NCBI GenBank assembly: GCA_016748015.1
Contig: JAAOMT010000776.1
Span: forward strand, 698,146-762,145
Direction of reading: 5' to 3'
Length of the DNA: 64,000 nt
Source of the DNA: Geosiphon pyriformis uo1
Lineage: Eukaryota; Fungi; Glomeromycota
Shown here in pieces: positions 57,731 through 64,000 of the stretch (the first letter of the stretch is position 1; each line of letters begins with the position of its first letter). Made by a program: the position numbers and the translations under genes. Below the pieces are notes generated by a model. That model saw nothing but the letters and a program-made list of their open reading frames with translations. It was not told where the DNA came from and searched no databases.

Positions 57731-58214
57731 AACATCTTAAGCTGCATATATTGTAGTCTATCTAGATTTCCCAAGTTCATCTGTTCCAATTGTTCTGGTT
57801 AGAACAGATAACATTCTTCTTGTTCATATATTATTTGAGATGTGATATCTACATATCTACACAGTTGTGAAAAGTCTGGAATGGTGTTTGGCAGTTGGTC
57901 TTCAATTTTGGTAGTTAAATATCCAATAGTGGTTCCTTCTGATATCTCAATAATATCTTTCATATTATTATAAATGGAAATTTTGATGGGTCTGTGGTTT
58001 TTGGCTGGTATGTATAGATTGACTAATCCAATCTTTTCTAATTTACAAAGTGTTGCTTCTGTGTCAAAAATCTGAACCTGATCTTTTACTTTTTTTTTCT
58101 ATGACTACCATGTACTGATTATATAGTGGAATAGAAATTAATTGATGAGTGGAGATAATTTCTTCCTTGTCAACAATTTTTTTCTCTGCCATATTAACTG
58201 GTACATCTATTTTA

Positions 58215-58606
58215 TCTATGGATCCAAAACCCTGTATCTTTCTAACTGTAATCCCTAATTCTTCTCTGTTTCTCACTGATACTAATTAAGCTATTTTGAC
58301 CAAAAGCAGGAATATTGCCTGTGCTATTTTTTTGTTTGGCTCTATGATGTAGGTCTTCTCTAAGTTATTTTGTAGCATTGTAATGATATTTCTTACATAT
58401 TCTGCATCAATTATTTTTTTTCTGATATTAATTTCCTTTTTTGCTAGACTACTCTTAAATGTTAATTGAACTATTGTTGTTGTTAGAATTTTCAGTGCTA
58501 TTTTCAGATCGATGCAAATGTGTAAATGTGGTTCCAATTTGAGGGTATTTTTCTCTGAATATCTTTGATCAAACTCTGCATTAGTATCATTCTCTTGTTC
58601 TGGCAT
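58215..58606 (-). pseudogene. dUTPase domain (copy B)
   Basis: NAEFDQRY, FKSSLAKK, IIDAEYVRNI, KIAQAIF, RKIQGFGS. Confidence 0.85.
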
Positions 58607-59739
58607 AATATTTTTGTTATTATTGCTGAACTATTTAAGTTCTTGCTTTTTGGTGAGATTAGGCAGTGTAATGTATGTTTTGGGATTTGAATTAGAGTCC
58701 AAATTGTTGTTATATTAAGTAGAGCTGGAACCATTGTTTTTATTATTGTTATTGTTGGAGTTTAAATTGGGATTGAAAGTTGATTCCAATTCTAATGTGC
58801 AGTTGCTGATTGGTTCATCTTTCTCTGGAATTGTGTAGATTATGCATGATAATAGATTGTAAATAAGATCACACTCATTACAATATTGGAAGTTACATGA
58901 AATCAAACAGTGGTCACATAATTGGGTGTTTATTTCTTCTAAACACTGTTTCTGCTCTTCTTTTGTTGGTGCTAAATTTTGGTAATGCTTATAAAACTTT
59001 TTTGGGTTTGTCTCTATGTTGAAAAAAGCATCTGAGTTTGGAATAAGGACAATATCAACCAGTTTTGAGGGATTATTCTTAATTTTCAGAATTTTACTGG
59101 ACATAGTTTCTTTAACTTTGGCATTTGCCATTCTTCAAATCTCATCTTCATTATGTGGGTAGCTGTTCAAGCAAGTTAATGCTCAGTGCCAAGCTGCAGT
59201 AATAGAAGTGCCACAATTGACCCAGTTGCTTATGAGAATTGTGTACTGACATGAAGTGTCACACATTTTTTCTTAATCAGAAATGTTATTTCATATTTCT
59301 TTGTCAAGTAACCATTCGCCACAAGTGAGACACAGTTCATTGTTCTACTTTCTTTGTTTTTTTGGGTACCCATAGCATTTCTTATGACATAGTTTGTAGT
59401 AATAGTGAGTCCTGGTTTAATAGTTTTTGTTAGGGACTATTCAAGTTTCTATGGAGGAGAGTTTCTTTTTACAGTCTTTGTATTTGAGAGATATATATAG
59501 TGGCTTTTTTATTGGCTCACATGAGTATTCTCTTTCTTAGCCACTAGTTATTTTCTTTGTAGTAGCATCTTTTTCTGGTGCATCTTTTTTTTTTTTTCCT
59601 TTGTCATTCTAAGAAAGTACTAGTAGTAGCTCGTTGTGTTTGATATTGGCCCAGAAAACTTGGTATGCTTTCCAGGTAGGTTTTTTTTCTAATTCAATAA
59701 GTGGCTTGTTATTGATAGTGGTCTTGAAGTAACCACAAA

Positions 59740-60110
59740 TGACTGGTATGCATATATAGTGGCTGTTCTGGCTAAGCTGCAGTTCTTGGATGTTCTAGTT
59801 AAGCACAGCATTGGTTTTATACAGCCAGTTATTCTCAATGAGAGCTTAGTACTGAGTTGTTTCCATTATTAATACCTTAATTAATATTATGATGCCATTG
59901 ACTTCAAATGGAAAGTCATCTATTTTACCAATTGGAGTTTTGATTACTTCATTAGTAATTATAATTCTGGTGCTGGCAGCATGATCAACTTGGCAACCTA
60001 ATTGGTCCATGAGTTGTCGTGTAATAATGCTGTTTGCTGACCCATTATCAAAGATAAGCTTAATAAAATGGTCATCAACTTTGGCATCAATGTACATAGC
60101 AGTGATTGGT
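59740..60110 (-). pseudogene. Retropepsin-like aspartic protease (copy B)
   Basis: IKLIFDNGSANSIITRQLMDQLG; paralogous to copy A. Confidence 0.85.
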
Positions 60111-60699
60111 TTTTTTTTGAATGCAGTTTTACTGAACAAAGATGTGAATGTTAGTTCCTTAAATTCAAATAGAAAGATAGCTGTGAGTAATTTGTCATTG
60201 GTAATGATGGCTGAAAGTATGTTACTGGTAAGTAGTTGTTTTTAGTTGAGTTCTGTGTTGTTGGATAAGGCATTTTCTAAAGTTACTAGAAGACTTAAAT
60301 AATTCTGAGAACTTGGGTTTTGGTATATCTGGTTTTTGAACTCCACTGGTATGATCTCAAGGGCTGGTTTAAGGAGCTGAGAATTAGTTGGTAGACAACC
60401 ATCATTGATCTCCAGTTTTGGGTGGTTCTCGATCTGAGATTTCTGAATGTCATCTGAGCTGAGTTTAATGGTGGTGTTGGAATTGTTTGGGGTTGATAGA
60501 TTACTTGAAACTGTGGCTGATAGAGAGATTGTGGCTGTTGTTGATAAACTATGATTGCTGGAGACTAATAAATTGGTGGTTGATAGATTGGCTGCTGTGT
60601 CATGGGTAAGTAATTAGGTTGATATAGTGCTGGGTTAGATTGATAATTCAGAATTTGAAACTAGTGATCAGGGTTTCAATATTGATTTTCCAATCATTG

Positions 60700-62440
60700 G
60701 TTATTTAATCAATGGTGGCAATCAATTTGTAAGTGTTCTTGTTTACCACAATAGTAGCAAACACACATTTCTTGTTGCCACTGTTGATTGGTCAATGATG
60801 ATAGATATAATGAATTTTGAAAATGATTGGAGTTTTCTTGATTATTGTGTTGTTGAGAAGGTTGATAAATTCCTTGATTGTTGTTAGTTAAGTATCCCTT
60901 TAATTTCTGATTAACAAATTCACTGAATTGCTTTAATTTGGAATCTAAGTTAGATGATTTGTTCATTACTAGATTTACAGCTTAGACATAGTTAGCTTCA
61001 AGCTCAGCTGTTTCAAAATCTTTAGCATTTGTAATGATAACTTAAAGGTCTACTGGGTGCAATAGACATACACATTGAAGGATACTACTGCATAGGCCTT
61101 TAATGAATTGATTTAGAATTTATGGTGCTGTGAAATAATCAGCCTATATGGCTTGAATTTGGCACAAATTTCTGTAAAAGCATCTTAGATAGATAGTGAC
61201 TGCTTCATTTTCTTCTTGTTTGATGGTGGTAAAGGTATTTGCTAGATAATTAATACTATTATTGTTGCTAAAATATTGTAGAAATGCAAGTTTAAATACA
61301 TTGAAGTTCTGAGGTTTGTTGGCCAAGTTTTGATATTATAAGTTGGCAGTATCCTGAAAAAAGTATGAAATAGCTTGCATGGCTTTAACATTATTCTATC
61401 TATTAGTTGTGATGGCTTTTTCAACATTGTTTAATCACACTTGGGCATTGTCTTTTTTACTTGTGAATTTTTCAAGTTTTGCTATTGGAACATAAACCAT
61501 TGGATTTAAGTTTGGTTGTTGTGATGGTTAAAGAGGTAATTGTTGGGGTAGTATTGGTGGCTGTTGAAGTTGTTCAGCAATTAGATTAATTGGTTGCTGA
61601 TTGATGACAATTTCTGGAAATAAGTTTTTCTGATTAATTAACTGAGAGTTTGGATTATTCGAAGTTTGCTGGGTTTAAATATTCAGAGTTTCAATTTCTG
61701 GATTTTCTACAATTGGATTTTTATAATTAAATTCTTGATTTTCTTCTTTTTCTTTTTTTAATGCCATTATCTTCTAAGGACTTGTGGTTCCGAAATTTAG
61801 TAGAGGTAATGGTGATCAGAATTCTGATAGTATTGGTAATTGCAATTTAAATCCTTTAAAGTAATCGTCATAGGGTTCCTAGTAATTCTGCTTTCTTTTG
61901 TTTACTTTGAAATGGAAGTTGTCCAAATGTTGATGTCATATTTAATGTGGATGTGCCTATTGATGTAATGTTAATGGTACTTCTAAGTGTATGATGATAT
62001 GATAGATATAGTAAAAATTCAATTCTTTGTTTCTTCCACATTGGTAATTGTATTCTTTTTGGTATTATTGCTGGTGTTTGTAATTTTCCTTTACCTTTAT
62101 CTACATAGATAATGGGGAATTGTTGTTGGGTGTATCTTTCAATTTCTTGATTAATTTCTCTGATAATTAATGCAAAACTGTAATTTTATTTTAAGCTGGT
62201 GTGTTAGATTAATTTTATATAGAAATTTTTTCTTACTGATTCAATGTCAACTGGTCTTCCTAAAAAATCTGTGATTCTTTTATTGACATAAAAATTGAAG
62301 GCTGATTCTGCTGAATAATGATTGTTAGTTAAGTCCAATTGTTGACTGTATTATTGAAATAAAAATTTAGCAAATCTTAAATGGTTTGTCCCTATTATTT
62401 CTGATTCTGCCACTTTTGAATGATTGTTGTTGGTACTGGT
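60700..62440 (-). pseudogene. Gag (retrotransposon gag/capsid domain plus CCHC zinc knuckle)
   Basis: FNVFKLAFLQYF...IKQEENEAVTIYLRCF, QFIKGL, and knuckle CYYCGKQEHLQIDC at about 60715-60760. Confidence 0.85.
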
Positions 62441-62456
62441 TTTCTGTAGGATTATA

Positions 62457-62473
62457 TTTCACAGGAAGCACCA
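62457..62473 (-). promoter_or_regulatory. Primer-binding site
   Basis: TGGTGCTTCCTGTGAAA begins 2 nt after the LTR end; TGG is complementary to the tRNA CCA end. Confidence 0.75.
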
Positions 62474-62475
62474 AA

Positions 62476-63339
62476 TATTACAGATAATTATTTGGGGTCT
62501 TGAAACAAATAACAATTCTGTAACTTGGTGCTCAATTAATATAATGCTGTTGGTTTCTAGAAGTTTTGTGATCTAAAGGTTTTGGTTGGTCTAAAAGTTT
62601 TGTTGTAAAGTTCTTTATATAATAGACAAAGATTCAGTAATCATTGTAATGGTTTTTTGGAATTGCAATTCTGCCCAATTTTTTTCTCAGCTTGGTGGCT
62701 GGATTTATTCTGGCAGTTGTGCTTTTCTAGTAAGCTATCCATTAATATATATGTAATTTTACTCTTATTTCTGGGTTTTTTACCAGGCTATCTTTAATGT
62801 CAGTAATTTAGCACTTAATTCTCAATCAATTAGTAAAAAGAAATAACAAAAAAAATAAAAAAAAATAAAAAAAGATAAAAAAATAAGCAAAGGCAATTGC
62901 AAGTTTTAGTATTTTGTTAATAACTATGATCAAGAGCTATTGTTCCAGTGTGGTTAAGTATTAATTACTATCAACATGAAGTATTAATAGTAAAAAATAA
63001 ATTAAGATAGTGAATAATTATTTATTGATATGTTTATGGATAAAAAGGTTGCTTAGATCAAATCTAAACTAATAGATCTGTCTTTTTTTTTTCTAATGCT
63101 ACCACTATATATACATAATTGATGTTTTATGAGATCACTCACATTCCTGAGCAATGTGCTATGATTTCTTGAACAATGCTTATATTTGTTGAGCAAAGTG
63201 CCCTAATTTTCTAACATTGCTTCATATTGCTAAACAATATGCTATAATTTCTGATATTGCTCTATATTGCTAAGCAATGTGCTCACATGCTAACTGGTTT
63301 ACTATTTTTCTATATCTGTTTTTCCTTTTATGAGTAATA
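62476..63339 (-). repeat. 5' LTR (about 864 bp) with a distinct U3
   Basis: Aligns with the 3' LTR over 62476-63120 and at the terminal ttcc..tatgagtaata. 63130-63290 instead contains gagcaatgtgct-type tandem repeats. Confidence 0.85.
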
Positions 63340-63608
63340 GTGCTCTTTAATCACATTTTATTCAATAATCTTCAAATGCTGCAATTATACATTTCAGTAA
63401 AAAAGTAAGAAATAACCAATAAGTAATCTTTTATCCCAAGATATTCAGATACTTGAAGATAAAAAAAGGAAGTTTTAGCAATAAAAAAATGATTGAAATA
63501 AAAGTTGTTATTTTATTTATTTAATTTCCTTGATTTTTGACATGCTTTATATTTCTAACATACTTTTCTATAGCTAAAAAATTCATCACTTATATAGCTA
63601 TCAAAAGT

Positions 63609-63668
63609 AGTCAATAATTAGGTCAATGACTAGGTCAATAATCAGATTAATAATCAAGTCAATGATTA
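63609..63668. repeat. Degenerate 12-bp-scale tandem repeat (gtcaatratyag-like, about 5 copies)
   Basis: agtcaataattaggtcaatgactaggtcaataatcagattaataatcaagtcaatgatta. Confidence 0.6.
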
Positions 63669-64000
63669 CTATTTAAAAATAGAATGGCTAATTATATAAC
63701 ATTAGTAGCTAATACATATAATAATTAATAAGAAGTATAGGTTTCAATCATAATATTATTCTCTCCAAAAAGATTAAGCTCCAGCAAAATTAAACTATTC
63801 ATGATATAATTTATTTGAAAAGTTTTATCTAACTTAAAGCTAACTAGTTTGTTGAAGTCTTTTATGGATAGGGTATATAATACTTAAGGTAAAATGAATT
63901 TTGTATTCAAGAGACCAAATCTTTGTATTAGAGTTTTGGTTCTTTTAGCAATAGTTAAAACTCTTGAGACATCTAACTGTATAATATTTAAAATTTCTGC

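Larger units (their letters stand above)
49405..63339 (-). mobile_element. Composite Ty3/Gypsy LTR retrotransposon: LTR-PBS-gag-PR-Cys-rich-dUTPase-RT // gag end-PR-Cys-rich-dUTPase-RT-RNaseH-INT-ORF3-PPT-LTR; all reading frames inactivated
   Basis: Homologous LTRs at 49405-50245 and 62476-63339, a PBS, a PPT, and the domain motifs listed in the separate features. Confidence 0.92.

Noticed and set aside
62400-62560. Gag translation starting inside the LTR (no ATG just after the PBS)
   Set aside because: ATG->ATA is an expected lesion here and in-frame ATA codons exist, so this cannot be decided from one mutated copy.
49405-63339. Stop-codon reassignment or readthrough (many in-frame TAA/TGA at Gln/Arg positions)
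   Set aside because: Stop positions mostly differ between copies A and B and come with missense transitions in catalytic motifs, so this is mutation rather than recoding.

Overview
This is very AT-rich, intron-containing eukaryotic DNA. The gene families present (class 3 lipase-like, BTB-BACK-TLDc, Crinkler-type NTPase, EDIPQ-motif membrane protein, dUTPase-bearing Ty3/Gypsy) point to a Glomeromycotina fungus, most reminiscent of Geosiphon pyriformis; this is an inference from remembered family motifs, not a search result. Only one clearly intact gene is visible. It lies at 5957-6997 and encodes a secreted Asn/Gly-rich protein built from about 23 in-register 13-residue repeats with a central Lys-rich block. 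The rest is decayed: a ruined Ty3/Gypsy element (7.5-12.6 kb), a disrupted multi-exon membrane-protein gene (16.7-20.0 kb), a cluster of lipase-3 pseudogenes whose GxSxG serine is replaced (22.4-30.1 kb), a hypermutated BTB-TLDc gene, an AT desert, and an NTPase/nuclease-like remnant. From 49.4 to 63.3 kb lies a composite minus-strand Ty3/Gypsy with two tandem PR-Cys-rich-dUTPase-RT blocks, an extra 3' ORF and LTRs with non-matching U3 regions, flanked by an inverted LTR. Comparing the duplicated blocks shows a strong C->T/G->A transition bias not confined to CpG, which suggests RIP-like, repeat-directed hypermutation. Coordinates of decayed features are approximate and all alignments were done by eye.
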